This document shows positions 29,622 through 38,673 of a stretch of 58,366 nucleotides of DNA, piece by piece. The notes below the pieces were generated by a model. That model saw only the letters and a program-made list of their open reading frames with translations, searched no databases and had not been told where the DNA came from. The stretch is from Bacteroidota bacterium (GTDB taxonomy: Bacteria; Bacteroidota; Ignavibacteria; Kapaibacteriales; UBA2268): contig JBDQHL010000004.1 of assembly GCA_040264895.1 (NCBI GenBank), forward strand, positions 1-58,366, written 5' to 3'. Position 1 is the first letter of the stretch. Every line of letters starts with the position of its first letter. A program made the translations under genes and the position numbers.

Positions 29622-30189
29622 CGTAGCAGAAGAGATAACCGAAAGTATAGAAACCAAGAAACTGTTACTTAGCGAATGCACAGAAAAAATCTACAACACA
29701 GCTAAGCAACTTTCAGAGTGTGTAGAAAACGGTGGCAAGATATTACTTTGTGGGAACGGTGGCAGTGCTGCCGACAGCCAACACATAGCTGCTGAGTTAG
29801 TAGTTAGGTTGCGTAGTAGTGTCAATAGGGCTGCTATTCCTGCTATTGCACTTACGGTGGACACTTCTATACTCACTGCTGGTGGTAATGATATTGGTTT
29901 TGAAAATGTATTCGCAAGGCAAGTTGAAGCGTTTGGACAAAAAGGCGATACGCTAATAGCAATTACAACTAGTGGTAACTCAGAGAATATATTCCGTGCT
30001 GCTAAGGAAGCCAAGAACCGAGGAGTAAATGTAATCGGATTACTTGGCAATGGTGGTGGAAAGCTCAAAGAAATTTGTGATAGCACTGTAATAGTCCCAA
30101 GCAATAACACCGCAAGAATACAAGAATGCCATATTCTGATTGCTCATATATGGTGCAGAATAATAGAAGAAGACAATTATATGAGCTAA
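29608..30189 (+). CDS. gmhA: SIS-domain phosphoheptose isomerase (GmhA/DiaA family)
   Basis: [12 protein letters not shown] motif, TTSGNSEN, 193 aa. Confidence 0.8.
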   Translation: MQKNSVAEEITESIETKKLLLSECTEKIYNTAKQLSECVENGGKILLCGNGGSAADSQHIAAELVVRLRSSVNRAAIPAIALTVDTSILTAGGNDIGFENVFARQVEAFGQKGDTLIAITTSGNSENIFRAAKEAKNRGVNVIGLLGNGGGKLKEICDSTVIVPSNNTARIQECHILIAHIWCRIIEEDNYMS

Positions 30190-30279
30190 AGAAGAAAAAA
30201 AGTAAATTATTTTTGAAATAATGTGCTTTTTATTTGGTTCGTATATGTAAAATGTATTAATTTTGCACTCTAAAAATAA

Positions 30280-30352
30280 GCCACTTTAGCTCAGTTGGTA
30301 GAGCAGCTGATTTGTAATCAGCAGGTCACTGGTTCGAATCCGGTAAGTGGCT
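30280..30352 (+). tRNA. tRNA-Thr (anticodon UGU)
   Basis: Cloverleaf read by eye. The acceptor stem is GCCACTT/AAGTGGC, and the anticodon stem GCTGA/TCAGC carries the loop TTTGTAA (anticodon TGT). The T-arm is CTGGTTCGAATCCGG. CCA is not encoded. Confidence 0.9.
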
Positions 30353-30363
30353 CACCCTTTGAG

Positions 30364-30396
30364 AAGCCCTTTCATAATTGGAAGGGCTTTTTTTTG
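30364..30396 (+). terminator. rho-independent terminator after tRNA-Thr
   Basis: Stem AAGCCCTT/AAGGGCTT followed by a T-run. Confidence 0.7.
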
Positions 30397-30508
30397 CCTA
30401 TTTGCTAATTATTCTATAAATTCAATTTTATCTTCTAATAAATTATAATTGGGTTTATCATGCTGAACTTATTCCGCTTTATTTCTGCACTCTTATTTTT
30501 GACTCTGA

Positions 30509-30640
30509 TTTACAGCTGTGTGGTTAATTACTTCCCATAAGAAAGGCATAACTTCATTACAATTATCAAGAGATATAGGTGTAACCCAAAAAACAGCTTG
30601 GTTTATGTTGCAAAGAATTAGACATGGTATATCTTGTGGT
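30509..30640 (+). pseudogene. IS1595-family transposase N-terminal fragment
   Basis: The translated segment FTAVWLITSHKKGITSLQLSRDIGVTQKTAWFMLQRIRH matches the conserved HTH region of IS1595/ISXO2-like transposases. It is bounded by a stop upstream and loses similarity downstream, and no DDE domain follows. Confidence 0.5.
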
Positions 30641-30785
30641 TCTTTTACAACACCTTTACTGCTTGTCTTTTTTGCCATTATAGCTCCATATCTTTTTGTT
30701 AAAAATAGGAAAACTATCTCTTAATTTCTAGCCCTTTCTGGTCCCATAGTTTCTGAATGGTTACAAGGTAAATACGATATAAAAA

Positions 30786-30815
30786 CTTCCACTACTTTTA
30801 ATAGTAGTGGAAGGA
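30786..30815 (-). terminator. hairpin plus T-run on minus strand (possible ppa terminator)
   Basis: Perfect 11-bp stem CTTCCACTACT/AGTAGTGGAAG with a 6-nt loop. An A5 run precedes it on the plus strand, which reads as a T5 run after the hairpin on the minus strand. Confidence 0.5.
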
Positions 30816-31056
30816 AAATCGGAACAGGAAATTTATTAACTATGTTACTTTGTAAAACTAATTAAAAAGTAAAAATTATGTGATGGATTACGATAATGGT
30901 AATGTATATGTATTAGACAGAAATGGTGAATGCAAAACAATATATCCGCCAACTGAGAATATTGTAGACTTTGATCTAGATAATGATTATTTATACATAG
31001 CTAATAACAAAGAATTATTCCGCCTCAAGCTAGATTAACCTACCACCCTCACGCTA

Positions 31057-31731
31057 TCAATCAAACTCCACGTCTGGTCTAGTCGATGCAGAAGTAACCG
31101 AAAGACCTGGGAATTTGTCATTGTAGTCTAATCTGGCTCTGCGTATCACTTCGTATGCTTCTTCCTTTCCATATACATCAGTGATTTGAACAGAGTTGTT
31201 GTCCTTTTCGTCTGGGTTTTGTTTGTAAGTAAGGAAATAATGCTTTAGTCTTCTGATTATTGATTCAGGAATTCTATCAATGTCATTTCTCTCGTCATAT
31301 ACCAAATCATCGTTCATCACTGCTATTATCTTATCATCAGCTTCGCCGTGGTCTATCATTCGCATACCTCCAATTGGTCGGCAATTGAGTAATATATCAC
31401 CATAAGGAACAATCCTTTCAGTAATAACACATATATCAAGTGGATCTTCATCGCCAACTATGTCTGTTCTGCCTGTTTTTTCATTGCAATATTCAGCTAC
31501 TTTTTTACCAGCATAAGTCTGAGGCAACATTCCATATAAGGTAGGGCAAACGCTAGAGTAAATCTGAGGTCTATCTATTTTCAGATATCCAGTGTATTTG
31601 TCTAACTCATATTTTACTGTGTCGCCAGGTACTAACTCTATGTACGAAGTGACTATCTTGGGTGAGTCTTCACCAATTGGTACACCATGCCAAGGGTGTG
31701 ATTTGAATATTAATCCGGATTGATTCCACAT
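31057..31731 (-). CDS. ppa: inorganic pyrophosphatase, family I (long form)
   Basis: DPLDICVI, GEADDKIIAV and YELDK motifs, 224 aa. Confidence 0.9.
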   Translation of the reverse strand: MWNQSGLIFKSHPWHGVPIGEDSPKIVTSYIELVPGDTVKYELDKYTGYLKIDRPQIYSSVCPTLYGMLPQTYAGKKVAEYCNEKTGRTDIVGDEDPLDICVITERIVPYGDILLNCRPIGGMRMIDHGEADDKIIAVMNDDLVYDERNDIDRIPESIIRRLKHYFLTYKQNPDEKDNNSVQITDVYGKEEAYEVIRRARLDYNDKFPGLSVTSASTRPDVEFD

Positions 31732-31869
31732 GTTATTTTTTTCCTTATTTGTCTTTTTGGGGATACAAAATTAGAAAAGTGAAAGGAATAAATAACTATA
31801 AAAAACAAAAAAGACTACCCTTAATGGATAGTCTTTTTAACTATTTACTATTCTCTTGTCAAAAAGAGA

Positions 31870-32198
31870 TTATGAGTTGTCAACTACTTCTGCATCAGCA
31901 GCATTTTTCTGTACTGAAGTGATACCATTATCACAACCATCTTCTGATGAGTACATTTGGCTAGAGCCAACAATCTGACCATTAGTCGATTTCAAGTTGA
32001 AGTGGTGCATACCATTTTTAGCTACTTTCTTATCGAATCTTGCCATATCTTGAGAGTTTTTCTTAACTGACTCTATTCCGTTCATACAGCTTGGCTTTGC
32101 TTTGTATCCTCACTTGTAAGAATTACTTGACCGTTTCCAGCTTTTAGGTTGAATTGGAATTCACCATTGCTTCTTTTTGTTACTTCGAACTTTCCCAT
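31870..32198 (-). pseudogene. YegP/UPF0339 (tandem DUF1508) protein interrupted by a 1-nt frameshift
   Basis: The upstream part reads MGKFEVTKRSNGEFQFNLKAGNGQVILTSE and then hits a stop. Shifting one base at the GG run (plus-strand CC at 32108-32109) restores GYKAKPSCMNGIESVKKN, which continues into the called ORF 31870-32085 (the second DUF1508 repeat, NLKSTNGQIVGSSQMY). Confidence 0.75.
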
Positions 32199-32344
32199 AC
32201 TTTGCTCCGTTTTATTATTAAGAATTTCTGAAATTATTTTTTTATCTTTCATAAATTATTAAATTAAATCTAATGTGAAATAAGTAATTATACTCATTCT
32301 AACAAAAAAGTACTTTCTTTAAATTTCAACCATACTAAGGATTT

Positions 32345-33157
32345 ATGAATAAGAACATAGCATATTTTTTACTATTATTCGCTTCAGTAATTTTGCTCTC
32401 AAGCTGCAAGTCGACAAATAGATTTTCTGTAGATCAAGTGAAAACCCCAGCTGAAATTGAACACACAGAGACTGAGACAGATAACCACAATGGGTTCGTT
32501 TCTCTCGATTGGCAAGGTGAGTATATTGGGTTGGAATATTGTAATGACTGTATGAGAAAAAGAAAAGTAGTTACTCTAAGGGGAGACGATAGCTACGAAG
32601 TTTTGATAGAATACATTGGCTCGAGCAAACCATTGATTCAGCGATTTACAGGTAGGATAACATGGAATGCTGAAAGGAACGAAATAACTCTTCAGAATGA
32701 TAATCCTGACATAGGTTACAACAGATTCAAAGTAGAAGAGAATAGATTACTGCCCATAGGTGATGATGTGAAGTTAGTACTAGGTAGCGAGTATATGATT
32801 AAAGTTGAATCAATAGAGTTGACCCACCAGAGATGGCTACTAGTTGAGGTTATGGACACACCTGTAAGGGTAGATATTAATGAATCGAATCAGTTTGCTC
32901 ACATGGAACTAGTTGATAAGGGAAGAGTGCATGGTTATTCTGGTTGTAATAATTTTTCAGGTGAATTTTCCCTCCAAGGAAGAAGAGGAATCAAATTCGA
33001 AAATATATTGGCAACAAGGAAGATGTGCAGAGACATGACAGTTGAAGATAACTATTTGTCAGCATTTGAAAATACTGCTAACTTCGAAATAGTAAAAGGC
33101 GAGCTATTATTTAGGGATAATAATGGCGATGTAATTGCAAGATTCATCTCTTTGTAA
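32345..33157 (+). CDS. lipoprotein with NlpE-N-like and META (HslJ-like) domains
   Basis: Lipobox LLSSC. NlpE-like segment WQGEYIGLEYCNDC. META pattern GYSGCNNFSGEFSL...TRKMC...VEDNYL. Confidence 0.7.
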   Translation: MNKNIAYFLLLFASVILLSSCKSTNRFSVDQVKTPAEIEHTETETDNHNGFVSLDWQGEYIGLEYCNDCMRKRKVVTLRGDDSYEVLIEYIGSSKPLIQRFTGRITWNAERNEITLQNDNPDIGYNRFKVEENRLLPIGDDVKLVLGSEYMIKVESIELTHQRWLLVEVMDTPVRVDINESNQFAHMELVDKGRVHGYSGCNNFSGEFSLQGRRGIKFENILATRKMCRDMTVEDNYLSAFENTANFEIVKGELLFRDNNGDVIARFISL

Positions 33158-33160
33158 ATA

Positions 33161-34028
33161 ATGGATTTGATAACAGGCATAAGAAAAAAGCTTCAAAGAC
33201 CTTACCCTTTCAAACAAGACTTAATTGAAATAGCCAAAATGTCGGTGTTGTTTGGTTTGTTTGTGACTTTCTTTCTATATGCATTTCGTCCCTTTGGTAT
33301 TGATTCTGGGCCATATAGTTTATTCCTAATTTGTCTTAGCTATGGGGGCGTGACTACTTTTGTGGTATTTGGTCTTAATTCTAATCTCAATTATCTTTTT
33401 CCCGATTATTTTTGCGAGGAGAAGTGGACAGTTGGAAGAGAAATATTATGGATTACTATAAATATCAGTCTTATAGGTTTAGCTAATGCTGTACTAACTT
33501 CATATCTAGCTAACATATCTCTTAGCTTAAAACTAATATTAATATTTCAGCTTTATACCGTTCTGCTGGCTTTTAGTGCCTATAGTATTTATAATAACGT
33601 ATAACGAAGCAGTTCATAATAAGAAGTACAAGGCACTATCTGATGATATAAATACACACCGAATAACTAAGAATAATGTCACAAAACAAATTACTTTAAC
33701 TTCAATTAATGAAAATGAAGATTTAAGGATAGGTGCAGATGATCTGGTTTATATTACTTCTGCAGATAATTATATTGAGATATATTATAATTCATCAGAT
33801 CAGTTAAAAAAGAAATTGCTCAGAAACACTCTGAAAAATACTGAGGCCATTTTTATAGATTTTCAGAATATAATAAGATGTCACAAAAGCTATATTGTCA
33901 ATCTGAATTATGTAGTTAATGTAACTGGAAATGCTCAAGGGTATAAATTGCACTTAGAAAATAATGATTTGCTTATCCCAGTTTCAAGAAAGCTGGATGA
34001 TTTTGTAAAAGAAAAGCTTACCAGTTAG
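33161..34028 (+). pseudogene. membrane-anchored LytTR-domain regulator split by a frameshift
   Basis: ORF 33161-33604 encodes 4 TM helices and ORF 33576-34028 encodes a LytTR domain (YITSADNYIEIYY...IRCHKSYIVNLNYV). Removing one T from the T4 run at 33571-33574 fuses them as ...QLYTVLLALVPIVFIITYNE... Confidence 0.7.
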
Positions 34029-34163
34029 CAAACAAAGTTTGCCGTTCGTAAAAAATGCTTTGCCATTCATCCCAAACCTTGCTACACATACCTTTCAGGT
34101 TTGATGAGAAAATGAATTACCCAATATTTGTTTCATAAAAGTTGAACAAATATTGGTTTAAAA

Positions 34164-34799
34164 ATGGGATTAATTCATACTATATTTCTTACTATTCATA
34201 TATCGGCAGGTATTGCTTCACTTGGCTTAGGACTAATACCACTAATCACAAAGAAAGGTGGAAGTCCCCATAAAAAGACCCGAATTTACTTCTACTATGC
34301 TATGTTTATAGTAGCAATTACTGCTCTAATTACTTCTCTTTACGATGGGTTTACTTTTTTTACTCATCTTGGAGTTTTTGCAGTTCATATGAATTACTTC
34401 GGCATTAGGGCAATTAGAAATAAAGAAATGAACCCAAAAGCAATGGACTGGATTGTAAATGCTATAGGATTGGTGAATGCAGTAATGATGATAGCAACTC
34501 TTAAAATTGTGTTGCTTGTTTTTGGGCTGGTTTCTCTTTCCAATGTTTTCTCTATGTTTAGGGTGTACTATATGAAACTGAGAGGAAGGAAAATAAGGAA
34601 ATTAGAGTGGCTGACCCAACACATAGGACTAATGATTGGGGTATATATATCAACTATTACTGCCTTCTTAGTCAACAATGTGAGGATGTTTGATCCTGCA
34701 TGGGTTTTGTGGTTCTTGCCAACGGTTGTTCTAATACCTTTCACTATTTACTGGACTAAGAAGTATGTAAGTAAGCCACGAAAGCAGAGATTAGCTTAA
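34164..34799 (+). CDS. polytopic membrane protein, unknown function
   Basis: 211 aa with about 6 TM helices. No motif recognised. Confidence 0.45.
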   Translation: MGLIHTIFLTIHISAGIASLGLGLIPLITKKGGSPHKKTRIYFYYAMFIVAITALITSLYDGFTFFTHLGVFAVHMNYFGIRAIRNKEMNPKAMDWIVNAIGLVNAVMMIATLKIVLLVFGLVSLSNVFSMFRVYYMKLRGRKIRKLEWLTQHIGLMIGVYISTITAFLVNNVRMFDPAWVLWFLPTVVLIPFTIYWTKKYVSKPRKQRLA

Positions 34800-34885
34800 A
34801 ATAATATTACCAAAAGTTTAGATTTATAAAATTATTTGCTAATTTTAAAAAGATAGAAAAAATAAATCCACTTGGAGTAAGAATT

Positions 34886-35410
34886 ATGTCAACAGCTAAA
34901 ATACCACCGATTAATTTTAAGAAATGGATAGATGAGAACCGCCACCTACTGAAACCACCAGTTGGAAATCAGCAGGTGTACAAAGACGGCGAGATGATAA
35001 TAATGGTCGTTGGCGGCCCAAATGGCAGAAAAGATTACCATTATAATGAGACACCTGAGTTCTTCTATCAAGTAGAAGGGGACATAACAGTCAAGATAAT
35101 AGATGATGGCGAATTCCGCAATGTAAATATTAAGGAAGGTGAAATATTCTTACTACCGGGCAAAATACCTCACTCACCTCAAAGACCGGCAAACACAGTT
35201 GGCTTAGTGATAGAGCAGGTAAGAAGAGATGGCGAAATAGATGCCCTAGAATGGTATTGCGAGAGTTGCCAGAACAAGTTAGCACGTAAAGAATTTGCAA
35301 TGAAAAATATTGTAACAGAACTACCAGTGAAAATGGAAGAATTCTTTGCTGATAAGGAAGCGAGAACTTGCGACAATTGTGGTACTGTGATGGAAAAGCC
35401 AGAGAAGTAA
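34886..35410 (+). CDS. nbaC: 3-hydroxyanthranilate 3,4-dioxygenase
   Basis: Cupin core (HYNETPEFFYQVEGD, EGEIFLLPGKIPHSPQR) plus a C-terminal rubredoxin-like CxxC...CxxC (CESC...CDNC), characteristic of HAAO/NbaC. Confidence 0.9.
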   Translation: MSTAKIPPINFKKWIDENRHLLKPPVGNQQVYKDGEMIIMVVGGPNGRKDYHYNETPEFFYQVEGDITVKIIDDGEFRNVNIKEGEIFLLPGKIPHSPQRPANTVGLVIEQVRRDGEIDALEWYCESCQNKLARKEFAMKNIVTELPVKMEEFFADKEARTCDNCGTVMEKPEK

Positions 35411-35462
35411 ATAATAAAAAAGCTCTACGTTAATTAAATCATAGAGCCTTCTAGTATTAAAC
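35409..35462 (+). repeat. copy 1 of a roughly 50-nt direct repeat containing a hairpin (GCTCTA...TAGAGC)
   Basis: The core AAAAAGCTCTACGtTAATTAAATCATAGAGCcTTcTAGTaTTAAAC matches 36831-36885 with 4 mismatches over about 47 nt. Confidence 0.8.
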
Positions 35463-35472
35463 AATTCAATGT

Positions 35473-36794
35473 TTATCTTTTGATAAACTTCTGAGTTTCG
35501 GTCTTGTTACCTACTTTTTTAGTGATGAAGTAAGTACCGCTGCTTAGTTTGTCAATATTAATAATGTCAATCTTATTTGCATTGAACTTCATCAGTTCTT
35601 CCCCTGTCATAGAGTTGATGGTATAAACAGCATCTGCCGTACTAATTATATCATTTATCTCTATATAGCTTTCCGCTAGGCTAGGTGATATAGTGAAGGA
35701 GTTGGTTTGTTCTGTTAGCTCAACTGATGTTTCTCTGTCGTATCTGAATTTAGAAATATTACTAGATCCTGCAGCTCCCAAGAAAAAATCAAAAATATTA
35801 CTACAAATAACAGTTGTGGAATATATATTATCAGGTGGTATACCATACCATTCTAGTTTATTAGTATTTCTATTGATTACACCTATACTATTGTTTGAAG
35901 TGTTGAGTATCCTTGTTTCATTATCAATAAAAATTAGTTTGTCACTACCATAAACCTCGTTAGGAAGTAACAACTCTCTATCTCCATTTTCTATATTAAA
36001 TCTATATGTCCCACTTCCTTTATCTTCAGGTAGTAGTTTTCTGGAGAAATTCCCTGAAAGATAGACAATATTTTTTCATTATTAGAAAAATAAATATCTC
36101 TCGGGGTACTGTTTCTATGACTACTACCATCAAAAAGCGGATTATTTACTATTAGTTCATCATTTTCTATATCCCTAATTCTTAAGTAAGTATCTCCATC
36201 ATTCATAGCTGCTAGATATTTGCCATCGTGAGATGTCTTTAGAACTGAATACTCTTCACCTCCATATTGAGTATAATCTTTAACTTTCACACCTGTCTCA
36301 TAATTATACGATGTAACCTTATACTTATCTGCATATTGTGCGATATCTTTTATCCAACCCCTTGTGGTAAGATATACAATAGGTCTAATAGGGTCTACAG
36401 CTAATGAAGTGAAGTATAGTAAAATGCTATCACTTTCTTGAGGAATGTAAAATTGATTTAAAACAGTAAACTCCTCATCAGTATTAACTAACCTAATAAT
36501 ACTACCACTTAAAAATAAGAATTTTGTACTGTCGGGTGTAAGTGCAAGCTTAGATATCGAAGACAATGATTGAGACCTTGAATTAATCAAATCACCAGTA
36601 TGAGAATTTCTCTTTTGAATTAAACCGTTTGGCCTTTCTCCAACAAGCATGATTATTTCTTCTTGTCCTTTTAAAAATTCCATGTCCTGTACAGGTGCTT
36701 CTACGCTTCTATTCCAAATTGGAATAATCTCATTAGCAGTGAGCAGGTCTGAGCACAGAAGCAAAGTAAATAGTATAATTAGTATTTTTTTCAT
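35473..36794 (-). pseudogene. secreted beta-propeller-like protein with T9SS C-terminal sorting domain, split by a homopolymer frameshift
   Basis: ORF 35991-36794 has a signal peptide and repeat-rich body. ORF 35473-35973 ends in a T9SS CTD (INDIISTADAVYTINSMTGEELMKF...LSSGTYFITKKVGNKTETQKFIKR). Adding one A to the minus-strand A6 run (plus-strand T6 at 36071-36076) gives a continuous reading ...FSNNEKNIVYLSGNFSRKLLPEDKGSGTYRFNIENGDRELLLPNEVYGSDKLIF... Confidence 0.7.
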
Positions 36795-36830
36795 AGATAA
36801 TTAATTTACGCAAATCAATTGATTAGGTCA

Positions 36831-36885
36831 AATAAATAAAAAAAGCTCTACGATAATTAAATCATAGAGCATTATAGTTTTAAAC
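36831..36885 (+). repeat. copy 2 of the roughly 50-nt direct repeat
   Basis: See copy 1. It lies between the start of the T9SS propeller gene and the stop of the upstream small membrane gene. Confidence 0.8.
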
Positions 36886-36912
36886 TTATTTTAGTAATTA
36901 TCTTATTAGCTC

Positions 36913-37185
36913 CTAAAGAATTAGATAAATATAGAATACAAAAAAGCTGACTATAATTGTAAATAATAAACCAACTGTATTTATTACTTCATAGCGACAT
37001 TCTTCAACTCTTAAATCATGAAAAGCTGGTATCAATAGTAAGTTAATAATTAATGAGATAGGGAAAACTATTATACCAAAACCCATTCGTCCAAAGTTCA
37101 TTAGTAATAGATAAATAGAAAAAGGCAGCCAAAATATATTAGCCACTATTATTAGTACACATATTAATTTATATGAATTTTTCAA
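36913..37185 (-). CDS. small membrane protein (3 TM), unknown
   Basis: 90 aa and very hydrophobic, located directly downstream of trkH on the same strand. Confidence 0.4.
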   Translation of the reverse strand: MKNSYKLICVLIIVANIFWLPFSIYLLLMNFGRMGFGIIVFPISLIINLLLIPAFHDLRVEECRYEVINTVGLLFTIIVSFFVFYIYLIL

Positions 37186-37218
37186 AGACTTGTATAATTG
37201 CTACTTAACAAACAACCC

Positions 37219-38658
37219 CTACTTTTTCCAATAAGACGGAGCAAGCAGTATAATTACTGTTAGTACCTCTAACCTTCCGACTAACATTAGAAATGACATA
37301 AGCCATTTAGAAAAATCGGGCAAAAAGCCGAAATTATCCGTTGGACCAGTTAAGTTAAGTCCAGGACCTATATTGTTGATTGCTGTAATAGCTGAACCAA
37401 TTGCAGTCTCAAAATCCAATCCGAATAGTATTAGCAAGTAAATCGATATTGCTAATATGAATATGTATAAAACAAAGTAGCCGAGTACATCATGCACTAC
37501 CTTGTCATCTATTCGGGTGTCACCAACCTTGATAGGCGATATTGCTTTTGGGTGCAATACTTTTACGAATTGCTTACGTGCGAACTTCAATAATAGCATC
37601 ACCCTAATTATCTTCATACCACCAGAAGTAGAACCAGCCATACCACCACTGAACATAAGAGCCAATATCAATACTTGCGACGCCATAGACCACTGTTCAA
37701 AGTCAGCTGTGGCAAAACCAGTTGTTGTAACTATTGCCAATACTTGGAATAGAACATCACGGATGGCAGGCTCCACTGCACCTTCGTACATACTGTAAAT
37801 ATCAGTGAAGATGAAGACAGATGAAATCAGTACCATAAAGAAGTAGAATTGAAATTCTGTGCTTTTAATAACGCTTTTGAAGTCACCTTTTAGCCAATGG
37901 TAGTGTAGCGAGAAGTTTGTCCCAGCCAAAAACATAAAGAATATAATTACATAATGTATATAGGCTGATTGCCCAGCTATACTTGAGTTATAAGTAGAGA
38001 AACCACCAGTTGCCAAAGTCGCAAATGCATGATTTAGTGAATTGTAAAAATCCATTCCTCCTAACATAAGGAGTACTAATTCGGAAGCAGTGAAAAGTAG
38101 ATATACTCCCCACAGTAGCTTTGCAGTCTGAGTTATTCTAGGCTTCAATCTGTCTGAAATTGGGCCTGGGGATTCCGCTTTGAATAGAGACATACCACCT
38201 ATTCCAAGGAATGGGAGAATAGCTATTGTTAGTACAATAATACCCATACCACCAAACCAGTGAGTTATACTACGCCAAAGCAATATCCCCTTTGGTAAGC
38301 TTTCAATATCGGAAAGTATAGTTGAACCAGTTGTTGTGAACCCAGACATAGATTCAAAGAAGGCATCAGTAAAAGTTGGTATTGCCCCAGAGAGAACATA
38401 AGGCAAGCTGCCGAGCAATGCCATAATTATCCATCCAAAAGTAACAATAGCAAAACCGTCTTTTGTCTTTAAGTCATTCTTCTTATCCGTAGTAATAAAT
38501 GCAAGTGTACCAATAGCAAAACATATTACTGCTGAGATTATTAGCGATTGTGCATCGCCAGAATTATAGTAATACGAAAAGGGCAATGGTAATAGCATAC
38601 CGAAGCCGAGAAAAATAGATAAGAAAGCTAATACTCTAAGTACAATTTTATAATTCAT
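37219..38658 (-). CDS. trkH: Trk-type potassium uptake protein, membrane subunit
   Basis: 479 aa polytopic protein with repeated selectivity-filter-like MSGFTTTGS / ATGGFS / TTTGFA / SGGMK segments. Confidence 0.9.
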   Translation of the reverse strand: MNYKIVLRVLAFLSIFLGFGMLLPLPFSYYYNSGDAQSLIISAVICFAIGTLAFITTDKKNDLKTKDGFAIVTFGWIIMALLGSLPYVLSGAIPTFTDAFFESMSGFTTTGSTILSDIESLPKGILLWRSITHWFGGMGIIVLTIAILPFLGIGGMSLFKAESPGPISDRLKPRITQTAKLLWGVYLLFTASELVLLMLGGMDFYNSLNHAFATLATGGFSTYNSSIAGQSAYIHYVIIFFMFLAGTNFSLHYHWLKGDFKSVIKSTEFQFYFFMVLISSVFIFTDIYSMYEGAVEPAIRDVLFQVLAIVTTTGFATADFEQWSMASQVLILALMFSGGMAGSTSGGMKIIRVMLLLKFARKQFVKVLHPKAISPIKVGDTRIDDKVVHDVLGYFVLYIFILAISIYLLILFGLDFETAIGSAITAINNIGPGLNLTGPTDNFGFLPDFSKWLMSFLMLVGRLEVLTVIILLAPSYWKK

Positions 38659-38673
38659 ATTCTATGCTATTGA

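Noticed and set aside
30353-32300. Search for a direct repeat of the tRNA-Thr 3' end (an att site) that would delimit an intact genomic island
   Set aside because: No copy of the GGTTCGAATCCGGTAAGTGGC segment was seen by eye downstream, and ppa and the following genes look like core genes. Only a decayed scar is claimed, not an island.
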